IMG/VR virus record: IMGVR_UViG_3300044616_001452
Strand: one strand, 5' to 3'
From: a virus
DNA length: 64,000 nucleotides
Positions 34,475-44,644 of the stretch are shown here, piece after piece. The notes under the pieces were generated by a model. That model made no database searches. It was not told the origin of the DNA and saw only the letters and a program-made list of their open reading frames with translations. The number at the start of each line of letters is the position of its first letter. The stretch's first letter is position 1. The position numbers and the translations under genes are program-made.

Positions 34475-35191
34475 ATGAAAGTTGCTATTGTACTTACCGG
34501 GCATATGAGGTGTTGGAAACAAGTTTATCCAAATTTCAAACAACGTCTTGTTGAGAGGTATGATCCGGATATTTTTATTGAGACATGGGAAGATGAGGCG
34601 TATTGGGATCCACATAGTCAACATGGAATAGTTAAAGATGCTCCAAAAGTGAACTTTGACGATCTAAGAAATACTTACAGACCGATTGCAATGAGATTTG
34701 ACTCATATGAAAAATATCAAACCTCATTCGAAGAAAGATCAAAGCAATATTCAAACTTCTATCATGTTCCTAAAAACATCATATCGATGTTATTTAAATT
34801 AGGGCGAGGAATTTTAATGTTAGAAGATTATATGTTTCTAACAGGTAAAACTTATGATCTTGTTATAAGAATGCGCCCAGATTTAGTTTTTAATGAACCT
34901 CTTCCTGAATTTGATCCGAATAAATTTTATACGTTAGGGTATAGGAACCATATGGGGCAAGGAACCTCAGATATGATTCAAGTGGGCAATTTTTTTACAA
35001 TAAGCCTTTTCTCTAAACTATTACACCATCTTCCTCAGATTTATAGAGAAACAGGATTACTTTGCCCGCATGTTGTTTCAGAACATTTCATAAGAAGATT
35101 GGGTTTCCCATGGGAAGAATTCATGATTGATAAAACTATTATGCATACACCTCTCGGTGAATATAAACGAAAGGAGATGTATTTGAAATGA
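34475..35191 (+). CDS. Putative glycosyltransferase-like protein (GQPR family, paralog 4)
   Basis: VAIVLTGHMR, YDLVIRMRPD. Confidence 0.6.
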   Translation: MKVAIVLTGHMRCWKQVYPNFKQRLVERYDPDIFIETWEDEAYWDPHSQHGIVKDAPKVNFDDLRNTYRPIAMRFDSYEKYQTSFEERSKQYSNFYHVPKNIISMLFKLGRGILMLEDYMFLTGKTYDLVIRMRPDLVFNEPLPEFDPNKFYTLGYRNHMGQGTSDMIQVGNFFTISLFSKLLHHLPQIYRETGLLCPHVVSEHFIRRLGFPWEEFMIDKTIMHTPLGEYKRKEMYLK

Positions 35192-35679
35192 GATACATAG
35201 CACATCGAGGCTTATTGAATGGCCCGGACAAAAATTTAGAAAACTCTCCCGATCAAATTGAAAAAGTTCTAAAACACGGTTATGATTGCGAAGTAGACGT
35301 ATGGGCAATTTATGATAAATGGTTTCTTGGGCATGATGAACCTCAATATGAAGTTCCTGTTAGTTTCTTAGGTAAACAGGGGCTCTGGATACATTGCAAA
35401 AATCTAGATGCATTGTATAAACTTAATGATTTACCTATTCATTATGAATATTTCTGGCATCAAAACGATGATTTCACGTTAACTTCAGGCAAGTTTATAT
35501 GGACATATCCTGGCAAACATTTAACGAGAAAATCTATTGCTGTATTACCTGAAATAAATCAAGAATATTGGGATTATGTAAAAAGTTTAAATATTTTTGG
35601 AGTTTGCACAGATTATGTCGAAAAATTCATTTCCGAAATTAGCTCTTTGCCTGTCGGGCCAACCAAGAAGTTATTTTGA
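35188..35679 (+). CDS. GDPD-like (PLC-like) phosphodiesterase
   Basis: IAHRG, EN, EVDVW, LGHD, GVCTDY. Confidence 0.8.
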   Translation: MRYIAHRGLLNGPDKNLENSPDQIEKVLKHGYDCEVDVWAIYDKWFLGHDEPQYEVPVSFLGKQGLWIHCKNLDALYKLNDLPIHYEYFWHQNDDFTLTSGKFIWTYPGKHLTRKSIAVLPEINQEYWDYVKSLNIFGVCTDYVEKFISEISSLPVGPTKKLF

Positions 35680-36349
35680 TGCCTATCAATATGTTAAAAA
35701 GAACCTCTTAGATCATTTCACTGTTGATGTTTTTGCGCACTCTTGGAAAAGTTCAAATCAATTAAATCAACTAAAAATATATGAAGAAATAAACGCAATC
35801 TATTCTCCATTGCTTTTATTGTTTGACAAGCCTTTGAATACCAACATCAATAGTGATATGGTAGTTACTAATTCGTCACATCCAGCAAATTTCTGTACCT
35901 CGATGTTTTACTCGATACAAAAGGCTGACCATTTTAGGGTTGTCACAGAAGCCACTTTGAGTAAAAAATATGATTTTGTAATTCGAAGTAGATTTGATTT
36001 GGCCTTGAATTCTGTTATAGATTTCACAAAATTAGAAAAAGGAAAAGTCTATATTTCAAAAGATTTTGATGGTCCAAATCCATTATTAAATGATCAATTT
36101 GCAATAGCTGATCCGGATACAATGAATATTTACTCAAGCACATATTTTTTTCTGAGATATCACTATGATAGAGGTGTGACACTTTGTGGGCACTCTATGT
36201 TGGAAGCACAATTAAAATTGTTCAACATTCCAGTAGAAAGGATTGACATTAATCACCCATTCCAAGACGGTAGGTTTAATATAGGAAGGCATTCTCTTAT
36301 CAGATCAGATATGGACAAATGGGTGGACATTAAAATCTGGGGTTACTAA
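35615..36349 (+). CDS. Putative glycosyltransferase-like protein (GQPR family, paralog 5)
   Basis: LALCLSGQPRS, YDFVIRSRFD, NDQFAI. Confidence 0.6.
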   Translation: MSKNSFPKLALCLSGQPRSYFDAYQYVKKNLLDHFTVDVFAHSWKSSNQLNQLKIYEEINAIYSPLLLLFDKPLNTNINSDMVVTNSSHPANFCTSMFYSIQKADHFRVVTEATLSKKYDFVIRSRFDLALNSVIDFTKLEKGKVYISKDFDGPNPLLNDQFAIADPDTMNIYSSTYFFLRYHYDRGVTLCGHSMLEAQLKLFNIPVERIDINHPFQDGRFNIGRHSLIRSDMDKWVDIKIWGY

Positions 36350-36386
36350 ATACCAAATAGTCACAGCGCACTACCCAGAGGTTTTA

Positions 36387-37571
36387 ATGTTACCATTTAG
36401 GCGATTTTTAATCGAAGAAGCTTCTTCTCAGGACGAGGGGGAAAAACTTGTTCACATTGAACATCTGGAAGATCATCCTATAAATGATGGTTCTAAAGGC
36501 TTTGAACACGCTGTTGGAGCATTAGATCAAGCTCATCAACACATTATAGCTGGTGCACATGATTCTTCTCTTACTATGAAACATGATGGTTCACCATCAA
36601 TAGTTTACGGCACTCATCCTGAAACAGGTAAATTCTTTGTGGCATCAAAATCCGCTTTCAATAAAACACCAAAAATCAATTATACACCAGAAGATATAGT
36701 TAAAAACCATGGGCACGCGCCTGGGCTGGTCGAAAAATTGACACATGCCCTGCATCATTTACCAAAAATAACACCACCTCAAGGAGTTTTTCAAGGTGAC
36801 GTTTTGTTTTCCGGAAAAGATAAAGAGAAGGAAAATGGTAAAGTTAAGTTCAAACCTAATACCATAACATATTCAACCGATGAAAATTCAGACGATGGTA
36901 AGAAAATAAAGAAAGCTAAATTTGGTATATACAATCATACGGAATACGTGGGTTCTGATGCAAAATCCATGAAGGCGAATTACAGCCCAGATTTATCTAA
37001 TTTTAAAAATCACCCAGATGTATATCATCGACCTCCTGGACATGATACTTCTAAGATTAAAATGTCTGGAGCACAACATCTAGAATATGCAAAGCATGTG
37101 AAGGTAGCACAGGACATACATGACAAACATGGAGATTACATATATGATTCCGTTTCTGGCCCTATTAAAGATCATGTCAAAACATATATAAATTCCACAG
37201 TAGACACTCAGGAAATGCCATCTGTTAAAGGATTGCAAGACCATCTAGAAAAGAAATATACAAAAGAAATAGACAAGAAGAAAACTGACGCTGGTAAAAA
37301 GAAATATCAAGATGAATTGGCCAGTATGATAAAACATACGAAATTACATAAACAAAATCTAGAAAATGTTTTCAAAGTTCACCATCACCTACAACAAGCA
37401 AAAAATGTTTTAGTGAATGTACTATCACAGCACACAGGTGATTTAGAACACGAAATCAAAGGTCAAAAAGTTAAACCTGAAGGATTCGTGATAAACCATC
37501 AGGGCAAATTATCCAAATTTAATGATAGAAACGAATTTAACCGTCTAAATCGATTGGCAAGAGCTAAATGA
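36387..37571 (+). CDS. DUF6267-like protein with ligase-type nucleotidyltransferase motifs
   Basis: HIEHLED, KHDG (motif I), FQGD, EGFV; N-terminal capsid-targeting-like MLPFRRFLIE. Confidence 0.6.
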   Translation: MLPFRRFLIEEASSQDEGEKLVHIEHLEDHPINDGSKGFEHAVGALDQAHQHIIAGAHDSSLTMKHDGSPSIVYGTHPETGKFFVASKSAFNKTPKINYTPEDIVKNHGHAPGLVEKLTHALHHLPKITPPQGVFQGDVLFSGKDKEKENGKVKFKPNTITYSTDENSDDGKKIKKAKFGIYNHTEYVGSDAKSMKANYSPDLSNFKNHPDVYHRPPGHDTSKIKMSGAQHLEYAKHVKVAQDIHDKHGDYIYDSVSGPIKDHVKTYINSTVDTQEMPSVKGLQDHLEKKYTKEIDKKKTDAGKKKYQDELASMIKHTKLHKQNLENVFKVHHHLQQAKNVLVNVLSQHTGDLEHEIKGQKVKPEGFVINHQGKLSKFNDRNEFNRLNRLARAK

Positions 37572-39484
37572 AGTCATTTCTACAAATTTCAGAAGAACAG
37601 AACAAAAAAATAGCCATACTTTTTGGTAGAATGAACCCTCCAACCAAAGGCCATGAGGAAAATGTAGAGGGGTTAAAAACAATGGCCAATAAACAAGGTG
37701 CAGATCACCTTGTTATTGCTTCACATTCCCAAGATGCCAAGAAAAATCCTCTTTCACCAGATGTTAAATTAAAACATTTAAAAAGGGCATTTCCAAACAC
37801 TAATATTATCACATCCAGCAAAGAAAAACCAACAATATTACATCATGCAGCGGATGCTCATGCAAAAGGCTATACACATTTAACAGTTGTTGCTGGTGCA
37901 GATAGAGTCGATGAATATAAGAGATTATTGAATCACTACAACGGAAAAGGTGCCGATGAAGCAGGTCGCCCACTTAGACATGGAAATTATAATTTTAAAA
38001 CGATAAATGTGGTGTCTAGCGGAGAAAGAAAAGAAGGAATATCTGGCACAGATATGAGAAATCATGCTACAAATAATGATTATGAATCCTTTAAGAAAAA
38101 TCTTTCTTCTAGTATGAGAAATAATGATGCCCATGCGAGAGAATTGTTCAAAGATGTTCGTAGAGGAATGGGCATGAACGAAAACGTCAATCGTGGGTTA
38201 TTCAAAGCAATTTTCGTTTCTGGAGGTCCAGGTTCTGGTAAAGATATAGTAATACGAGAAGCTATTTCAGAAAGAAAGGCTGTTGAAATCAATGCCCCCC
38301 TAGCTTTGGCAATACTAAATGATAAACATAAATTATTCGAACAGACTAGAGATATTAGAAGAGAAGCGATACGTAATAGATACCCACTCATAATTAATGG
38401 AACCACAAAAGACTATTCTGAAATAATTTCCGTTAAAGAAGAATTGGAAGAGTTAGGGTATGAAACAATGATGGTTTTTGTAAATACAACCGATGAATCT
38501 TCCAGAAAAAGAAATGAGAATCACACAAGAGTTATGGAAGAAAGTATTAGGAAAGAACGTTGGGAAAAAACTCAAATAATTGCACAGTCCTTCAATGAAA
38601 ATTTCACCAAATACTTGGAATTTGACAATTCAATTAACTTAAATGAAGCTACTTTTTTTGAAAAACAAGAAAAGGAAGAGGATCTTTCCTTAATTTTCGA
38701 AATGACAAATTGGTTTTTTGATATTTCAGTCGAAAATGATATTTCGAATAAATGGTTGATGAGAAATAAAAAAATCAACATGAACAGTTTATTCGAACAA
38801 GCTTTCTTAAAAAATAATATGGGAGAAAATTATGTTTCAAAAAATAAAACAAATAGCAAGTCTTTTGATGCCAAAACAGAAAGCTGCACCTGTGGAACCT
38901 CAAAGGCACCCTCTAGACTCTTTAGTGGATTCCCAAGAAAGAAAGGTCAACGCATTCTTGACAACATCTGCCCCTCTTGCCAACTCACAGCCAAAGCAGG
39001 AAGAATCGATGATGTCCGTGACGGAGATATCGCGTCAAACACCAAGTACACCTTCAGAACCTATCACGAAGGAAGTCAGCCAACCTCTCCTACAGTTACA
39101 AGAGCCCCAGAAGCCAAAGAAACAAAGTTCCAACAAGACGCAGACAAAATCAAAGCCAAAAAACAAAAGACAAACAACTCAGAAGCAGGGAAAGTAATGA
39201 AAGTTTCGGGTATATCACCCGAGTATGATACACGAGGTTCAGGTACCGTATATCCAATGTCTGGGCTTGGAATGGTAACATATAGAGAACAAAAAGAAGA
39301 TAAATATACCAGTGCCGCAGAGGTAAAGCAAAAATCTTTTAATAAATTTAGAAAAGAAGCAATTGATTCTCCTGGCATAGATATGGGTGTCACTGGTACA
39401 GCCCACGGGCCAACTAATAAAGAACCTTTAGAAACTTTAAATAAGATTGAAACAAATCCTATAATAAAAAAGAAGAAAAAATGA
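37568..39484 (+). CDS. Cytidyltransferase-like (HxGH) domain fused to a P-loop kinase-like domain
   Basis: FGRMNPPTKGH, KKNPL, VAGADR, SGT.MR; then KAIFVSGGPGSGKD. Confidence 0.8.
   Translation: MKSFLQISEEQNKKIAILFGRMNPPTKGHEENVEGLKTMANKQGADHLVIASHSQDAKKNPLSPDVKLKHLKRAFPNTNIITSSKEKPTILHHAADAHAKGYTHLTVVAGADRVDEYKRLLNHYNGKGADEAGRPLRHGNYNFKTINVVSSGERKEGISGTDMRNHATNNDYESFKKNLSSSMRNNDAHARELFKDVRRGMGMNENVNRGLFKAIFVSGGPGSGKDIVIREAISERKAVEINAPLALAILNDKHKLFEQTRDIRREAIRNRYPLIINGTTKDYSEIISVKEELEELGYETMMVFVNTTDESSRKRNENHTRVMEESIRKERWEKTQIIAQSFNENFTKYLEFDNSINLNEATFFEKQEKEEDLSLIFEMTNWFFDISVENDISNKWLMRNKKINMNSLFEQAFLKNNMGENYVSKNKTNSKSFDAKTESCTCGTSKAPSRLFSGFPRKKGQRILDNICPSCQLTAKAGRIDDVRDGDIASNTKYTFRTYHEGSQPTSPTVTRAPEAKETKFQQDADKIKAKKQKTNNSEAGKVMKVSGISPEYDTRGSGTVYPMSGLGMVTYREQKEDKYTSAAEVKQKSFNKFRKEAIDSPGIDMGVTGTAHGPTNKEPLETLNKIETNPIIKKKKK
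38832..39197 (+). CDS. Candidate nested (overprinted) basic protein in the +1 frame
   Basis: GGGAG RBS at good spacing before ATG; amphipathic N-terminus MFQKIKQIASLL; Lys-rich tail. Confidence 0.5.
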   Translation: MFQKIKQIASLLMPKQKAAPVEPQRHPLDSLVDSQERKVNAFLTTSAPLANSQPKQEESMMSVTEISRQTPSTPSEPITKEVSQPLLQLQEPQKPKKQSSNKTQTKSKPKNKRQTTQKQGK

Positions 39485-39801
39485 AAAGTTTCAAACAGTT
39501 TATCAACGAAGAAGTAATAAATGAAGCCACACCAGCTTGGCAAAGGAAAGAAGGTAAGTCTCAATCTGGTGGGTTGAATAGAAAAGGTATTGCTTCATAT
39601 CGAAGAGAAAACCCAGGTTCAAAGCTTTCGATGGCAGTTACAACTAAACCATCAAAGCTTAAAAAAGGTTCTAAAGCATGGAACAGACGTAAATCATTTT
39701 GTTCCAGAATGACGGGGATGAAGAAAAGATTGACTTCTGCTAAAACGGCAAGAGATCCTAATTCAAGAATTAATAAATCACTTAGAAAGTGGAACTGCTA
39801 A
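39481..39801 (+). CDS. DUF6321-like small basic protein, likely head-internal
   Basis: MKSFKQFINE; AWQRKEGK..GGLN.KG; RRKSFCSRM.G; LRKWNC. Confidence 0.7.
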   Translation: MKSFKQFINEEVINEATPAWQRKEGKSQSGGLNRKGIASYRRENPGSKLSMAVTTKPSKLKKGSKAWNRRKSFCSRMTGMKKRLTSAKTARDPNSRINKSLRKWNC

Positions 39802-39813
39802 ACGGAGAAAAAG

Positions 39814-40656
39814 ATGTTCACAAATAATAAATTTGCTAAGATGGATTCTATTGCGAACCTGGTTAAAAATATCCTTGAGGCCGACACAAAGGCTAAAATG
39901 GAAGAATTAAAAGGTAATCAGCATAAGATTGATAAGAATAAGAATAACAAAATCGATGCGCATGATTTTGCGATTCTCCGTGGGCAGAAGAAGGGTATGA
40001 AAGAAGAAGCCGAACAGGTTGATGAAGCAAGAGTCAAGGGCAAAGGGTACGACAACCCTGAAAATGAGCGCAAAGCTCCTGAAGGGCATGTATCAATGAC
40101 AAGTCTAATGCCTGGGCATGATGAACGTGCAGCCAAGTTCCTAGCTCGTCAAGCTAAAGGTAAATTGGTTAAAGGTAAAGCACAAAGTGCACCACAAAAA
40201 GAAGAAACTGATCCAAATAAAACCACCACAGATACATTAAAGGGTAGAGAAAAATCTTCTTCTAATCCTTTTCTTTCAAAGAAAGTTATGATGGATGTTC
40301 CTGATAATGTCAAAGAAGAAGTGGAACAAATTGATGAACTAAAAATAAGTACAATGGTACGTTATGCAACTAAAGCCAATAAAGCTCTGATAGGTGGAGA
40401 TAGAAGTAAGGAAGATAAAAGAATCAAAGGTATTAAAACTGCTCAATACAAAATACAAAAACAGAAAGCAAACAAAATTAAAGAAGAAGATGAACAAATT
40501 GATGAACGTACACTAACAAAACCAGAAACAGCAGAGAAAGAGCGTATCGTAAAAGGTATGAAAAAGAGTCTCGCTGGTTTCAAATCTCGTTATGGTGAAA
40601 AAGCAAAAAGCGTAATGTATGCAACTGCTACAGCAAGAGCAAAAGAAAAGAAATAA
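39814..40656 (+). CDS. Putative head-internal protein with repeated protease-site motifs
   Basis: EEAEQVDE, EEVEQIDE, EEDEQIDE; KSVMYATAT module. Confidence 0.6.
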   Translation: MFTNNKFAKMDSIANLVKNILEADTKAKMEELKGNQHKIDKNKNNKIDAHDFAILRGQKKGMKEEAEQVDEARVKGKGYDNPENERKAPEGHVSMTSLMPGHDERAAKFLARQAKGKLVKGKAQSAPQKEETDPNKTTTDTLKGREKSSSNPFLSKKVMMDVPDNVKEEVEQIDELKISTMVRYATKANKALIGGDRSKEDKRIKGIKTAQYKIQKQKANKIKEEDEQIDERTLTKPETAEKERIVKGMKKSLAGFKSRYGEKAKSVMYATATARAKEKK

Positions 40657-40666
40657 GGATTAAACC

Positions 40667-43153
40667 ATGAGTGAACGCAGAAAACAGATATTTTTGGAAG
40701 CGATGAAAAAAACCAAAAAAGAATCTGTTATGGGTAAGTTAGCAAATGGTGACACCGATCCTATGGAGCCATGGTCAAAAAAACATGCACCATTGGATGA
40801 AGTCAACACTCAAATCCTTTGGAAATACATCAAGGCTATGGGTCGTGATCCAAGAACTATACCATTAGCTGACAGACTCAATCTTGCAAGAACAGATAGA
40901 TTTAAAAAGTTCTCAAGAGATCATGCAAAGTATGATGATCTTGGAATGAAAGAGGATGCGATAAACGAAATGGATAATCGTACATCAAGTGGTGATCGCA
41001 GAGAACAGCGAAATAACAGCCCAGAAGCAATAGCCCAGCGTGAAAAAAAGCAACAAGAAAGATTAAAGTCTTTAAGCCCTGAAATGCGTAAAAAATTACG
41101 TCTTCCTGAACCAAAAGAAAGTGTGGCGGAAGAAATAGAACAAATTGATGAGATTAGTTCACAAACTAAATCATCTTATGTTCAGAAAGCAAAAGCACAA
41201 GTAAAAGAACTTCAACCTCATGCTAAAAAAGGTGAATATAAAGATTTAGCTAAGAACCTAATAGCACGCCGCAAAAAAGGTATTGCTATGGCTTCCGAAG
41301 AAACAGTAAATGAAGCTGGCACAGGTTTACTTATGTCATTCATCAAAGCAAAGGGATTAGATCCAAGAAGCATGGACGGCAATCAAAAAAACAAATATTC
41401 AAAATCAAGTGAATATAAAACTTTTAAGCACAGAAGAGTCGAAGCATCTGGTATGGGTGAACGCGGTGAGGATTGGAATGAAGAAAAGAAACCGGTCAAA
41501 GAAGCTGTAGATGCAAAAGATACTGTGACAATGGACATTCCATTGCTGATTCGTGTTCTTGAATATGCTCGTGAAGATGCAAAGACAGATATGGATCTAC
41601 ACAAAGTTGTAGAGAATCTTATCAATATGAGAAAAGATACCTTAACAATGAATGACTATGATTCAATAGTCAGCATCAAAGAAGAAGTTCAAATTGAAGA
41701 AGCGTTTGATGGATCGAAAGTTCGTATTCATTCTCCTGGGCACGAAATGCATGGTAAAATTGGTAGAGTGTTTGACCGCCACGAAGATGGTCGTGTAAAT
41801 GCTCAATTTGAAATCGGACCTAAAAAACATCAAGTCCGAAACTATACACTTAAACCTGGTCAATTTAAAGAAGTTACAAATGAATCTCTTGCAGATGACA
41901 TGATAGCACATTTAAGAAGTAAAGGTTTACCTGCTAAAAAACCTATGTCTAAAGCAGATTCAGATGCCTTTCTAAAAGCTAGAGCTGAAAAATTTAAACG
42001 TGAAAATCCTCCAAGACAACCAGAACCTTACAAAGAAAAGTATCCTTTAGGTGGTAGAGATGAAAGGTCTGGAAGAAGCTATAGTGAAGAAACTGAACAT
42101 ATCACCGAACTCAAAAAACAACCCGATAATCAAGATGCTGATGCTCATATTACACGAGAAGATTTAAGAAAATGGTTTGATCCAAAACATCCAGAAGGTG
42201 GTTGGAAAAGAATCAATAGTAAAGGTGAAGCAATCGGCCCATGCGCACGTGAACCAGGTGAACCAAAGCCTAAATGCATGTCAAATGAGAAAAGAGCAAA
42301 GCTGTCAAAAAAAGAAAGAGCGTCAGCAGTAGCAGCAAAACGTAAGCATGATCCTGTTGCTGATCGACCAAGCAAAGGCGGAAAGCCAGTCAATGTTTCA
42401 AACTTCGGCAAAGGTAAAATTTCTGAAGAAGAAACAAATGAAGCTTGTTGGGATACACACAAACAAGTTGGATTGAAGAAAAAAGGTGGCAAAATGGTGC
42501 CAAATTGTGTACCAAAAAATGAAGAAGTTGAAATGATTGATGAAAAGAATTCACCAACGAATCCAAAACTTTGGGCCAGAGCAAAATCTCTAGCTCGTTC
42601 GAAGTTCGATGTTTATCCATCCGCTTATGCAAACGGCTGGGCATCCAAATGGTATAAATCAAAGGGTGGCGGTTGGAAAGCAACAAAAGAAGAAGTTGAG
42701 ATTGAAGAACAAAGAACATCAAATGATCCACGTAAATCAGGTACTTTTGAAAAGCAGCCAGACGGATCATTTAAGAGGGTTTCAAATCTTGATAAACTCA
42801 AAAGAAGATTAATGCAAAAGCATGGTGATAAATTAAAAAAGAAAATAAATGAGGGTATTTATGGTATAGAAGATTCACCAATGTCCGCAACAAATTCTGT
42901 AAAAGCTATGGAATCTAGAATGGCTAAAGAGAAATCTAAATCCGCCAGAATTATAAAAGCTATTTACAGGAAAAAGGGCATCAAAGAAACACTGTACGAT
43001 TGGGAAAAATCAGAAAAAGGTGGTTCAAAAGAAGCTGATGCAAAAATTATCATTAAAGGTGGTAAAACTATGACTGGTCAAGAAAGAGATACGGTTGAAA
43101 TCGACCCTGTACTCAAGACCAAATTGAACAGCCCGAATGGTAGACCCAATTAA
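40667..43153 (+). CDS. Large modular head-internal polyprotein-like protein
   Basis: Many (I/L/V)xE junctions separating short modules (CW..HKQVG.KKKGGKMVPNCVP; FDVYPSAYANGW; LRKWF...GGW). Confidence 0.6.
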   Translation: MSERRKQIFLEAMKKTKKESVMGKLANGDTDPMEPWSKKHAPLDEVNTQILWKYIKAMGRDPRTIPLADRLNLARTDRFKKFSRDHAKYDDLGMKEDAINEMDNRTSSGDRREQRNNSPEAIAQREKKQQERLKSLSPEMRKKLRLPEPKESVAEEIEQIDEISSQTKSSYVQKAKAQVKELQPHAKKGEYKDLAKNLIARRKKGIAMASEETVNEAGTGLLMSFIKAKGLDPRSMDGNQKNKYSKSSEYKTFKHRRVEASGMGERGEDWNEEKKPVKEAVDAKDTVTMDIPLLIRVLEYAREDAKTDMDLHKVVENLINMRKDTLTMNDYDSIVSIKEEVQIEEAFDGSKVRIHSPGHEMHGKIGRVFDRHEDGRVNAQFEIGPKKHQVRNYTLKPGQFKEVTNESLADDMIAHLRSKGLPAKKPMSKADSDAFLKARAEKFKRENPPRQPEPYKEKYPLGGRDERSGRSYSEETEHITELKKQPDNQDADAHITREDLRKWFDPKHPEGGWKRINSKGEAIGPCAREPGEPKPKCMSNEKRAKLSKKERASAVAAKRKHDPVADRPSKGGKPVNVSNFGKGKISEEETNEACWDTHKQVGLKKKGGKMVPNCVPKNEEVEMIDEKNSPTNPKLWARAKSLARSKFDVYPSAYANGWASKWYKSKGGGWKATKEEVEIEEQRTSNDPRKSGTFEKQPDGSFKRVSNLDKLKRRLMQKHGDKLKKKINEGIYGIEDSPMSATNSVKAMESRMAKEKSKSARIIKAIYRKKGIKETLYDWEKSEKGGSKEADAKIIIKGGKTMTGQERDTVEIDPVLKTKLNSPNGRPN

Positions 43154-43190
43154 TAATAAATAGTAAATAGATTCTTTTAAGGAGTTAAAA

Positions 43191-44048
43191 ATGTCCTCAT
43201 GGGGAAATAACGATAATGCAGCAAACGCACCATACTGGGCTGTAAGTACAGTATCTACAGGTGTCAATCAAGCCGCTGCCGCTCCTACAGCGGCAAACGT
43301 TGCGTTACTTTATGGAAACACAACGCCTGACGTATATGTCACTAATACAACAGTTGGTTTGTTTTTAGTTGACAAAACCGAAATCACAGCAGGTGATGAC
43401 AATGTTGTTGATATTTCAATCGTATCTGGTGGTTCCGGTTATGTTGAGGCTCCTGGTGTCACATTTAGTGGTGGCGGTGGTACAAGTGCAGCAGCAACAG
43501 CTTCCATTTCTGGTGGTGCCGTTAACAATATCCAAGTGACAAACGTTGGTTCGGGATATACATCGGATCCTACTGTCACAATTCAAGTACCTGTAATGAC
43601 TATTGCCACAAGTATAGTTGTTGCAGCAAACGATACTATCATGTATGCCGCCCACGGGCAGGCAAATTCTGCGGCAGTTACATACAATAATGGTGGTTCA
43701 ACCACAATGAACGGGTTGGTACAAGGTAACACCTATTTCATTATTCCAACAACTGCTAATAAATTTCAACTTGCAAATACTGCATCTGAAGCTGCTAGTG
43801 GTGTTGCTGTTAATATTCTTGGAACCGGTAATAACGGGCAATTTTTCACAATTGGCAATGGTGTGAGAGCAACTGCTGTTGCTGATCGCGGTTTAGGTCC
43901 AACTGGAGAACAGGCTGCACACATTGGTTGGAACTTAAAACGAGTTGGTGAAGGTGGACGTGCAGGTCGAGTAACATTTGAAACACTTGTAGCACTATCA
44001 AATCCGATTGGTGACGGTTCAGACGATATTACTTTACCTGACTCATAA
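43191..44048 (+). CDS. Virion structural protein
   Basis: Gly/Ala/Thr-rich; GSGY..AP.V repeats; C-terminal H.GW...GRAGRV..ETLVA; late-promoter-like ATAAATA upstream. Confidence 0.7.
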   Translation: MSSWGNNDNAANAPYWAVSTVSTGVNQAAAAPTAANVALLYGNTTPDVYVTNTTVGLFLVDKTEITAGDDNVVDISIVSGGSGYVEAPGVTFSGGGGTSAAATASISGGAVNNIQVTNVGSGYTSDPTVTIQVPVMTIATSIVVAANDTIMYAAHGQANSAAVTYNNGGSTTMNGLVQGNTYFIIPTTANKFQLANTASEAASGVAVNILGTGNNGQFFTIGNGVRATAVADRGLGPTGEQAAHIGWNLKRVGEGGRAGRVTFETLVALSNPIGDGSDDITLPDS

Positions 44049-44051
44049 AAT

Positions 44052-44072
44052 AGGGGCTTTAAGCCCCTTTTT
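44052..44072 (+). terminator. Rho-independent terminator
   Basis: AGGGGCT-tta-AGCCCCT-TTTT. Confidence 0.75.
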
Positions 44073-44077
44073 AAATA

Positions 44078-44464
44078 ATGTTTGAAGATTTGGATGAAGA
44101 TAACTTTTTAATGTATGCTATGAAAGCATACAATTCACCTCATTGTATCATGAGTGAATTTGAAGGAGATTTAAAGAGAACAAAGTATTTAAAAAGGCTC
44201 TTTAGAAGATATAAGATTACAAAAGTATTAAAAGAGAGATTGATTCTGAATCATTTAATACTACTTTACAATGTTTTTGGTGTCGAAGCAGCAACAAGAA
44301 TTTTATTTTTCAGAGTAGATGAAATTGACTATGACATATTAAAAACATTTTTAATATATTTGAATTACATGCCTGAAAAAGTTAAAGGTATAAAAGGAAA
44401 AGACATTCACTCTTCTGATATATTAATTGACATGAATGTTGCAGAAGTTTTGAGGAAAATATGA
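44078..44464 (+). CDS. Conserved T4-like hypothetical protein
   Basis: EF..DLKR.KYLKRLF, LKERLILNHLI.LYNVFG. Confidence 0.8.
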   Translation: MFEDLDEDNFLMYAMKAYNSPHCIMSEFEGDLKRTKYLKRLFRRYKITKVLKERLILNHLILLYNVFGVEAATRILFFRVDEIDYDILKTFLIYLNYMPEKVKGIKGKDIHSSDILIDMNVAEVLRKI

Positions 44465-44643
44465 AAACATTCAAACAATTCAATGAAGATGCAATGGCAT
44501 CAGCAGGACCTACAAACGTAGTATCTACGGGTGCTATAGCCGGTTCTGGTGAAAAAGGTGGTGAACCTGGTGTGCATTTAAAAAGAAAAAGAGCAGTCAT
44601 AATTCAACCAATGGCTAAGAGAAAGCCACCAAAAATTACATAA
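44461..44643 (+). CDS. Small protein with capsid-targeting-like N-terminus
   Basis: MKTFKQFNED; PTN..S.GAIAG. Confidence 0.6.
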   Translation: MKTFKQFNEDAMASAGPTNVVSTGAIAGSGEKGGEPGVHLKRKRAVIIQPMAKRKPPKIT

Positions 44644-44644
44644 A

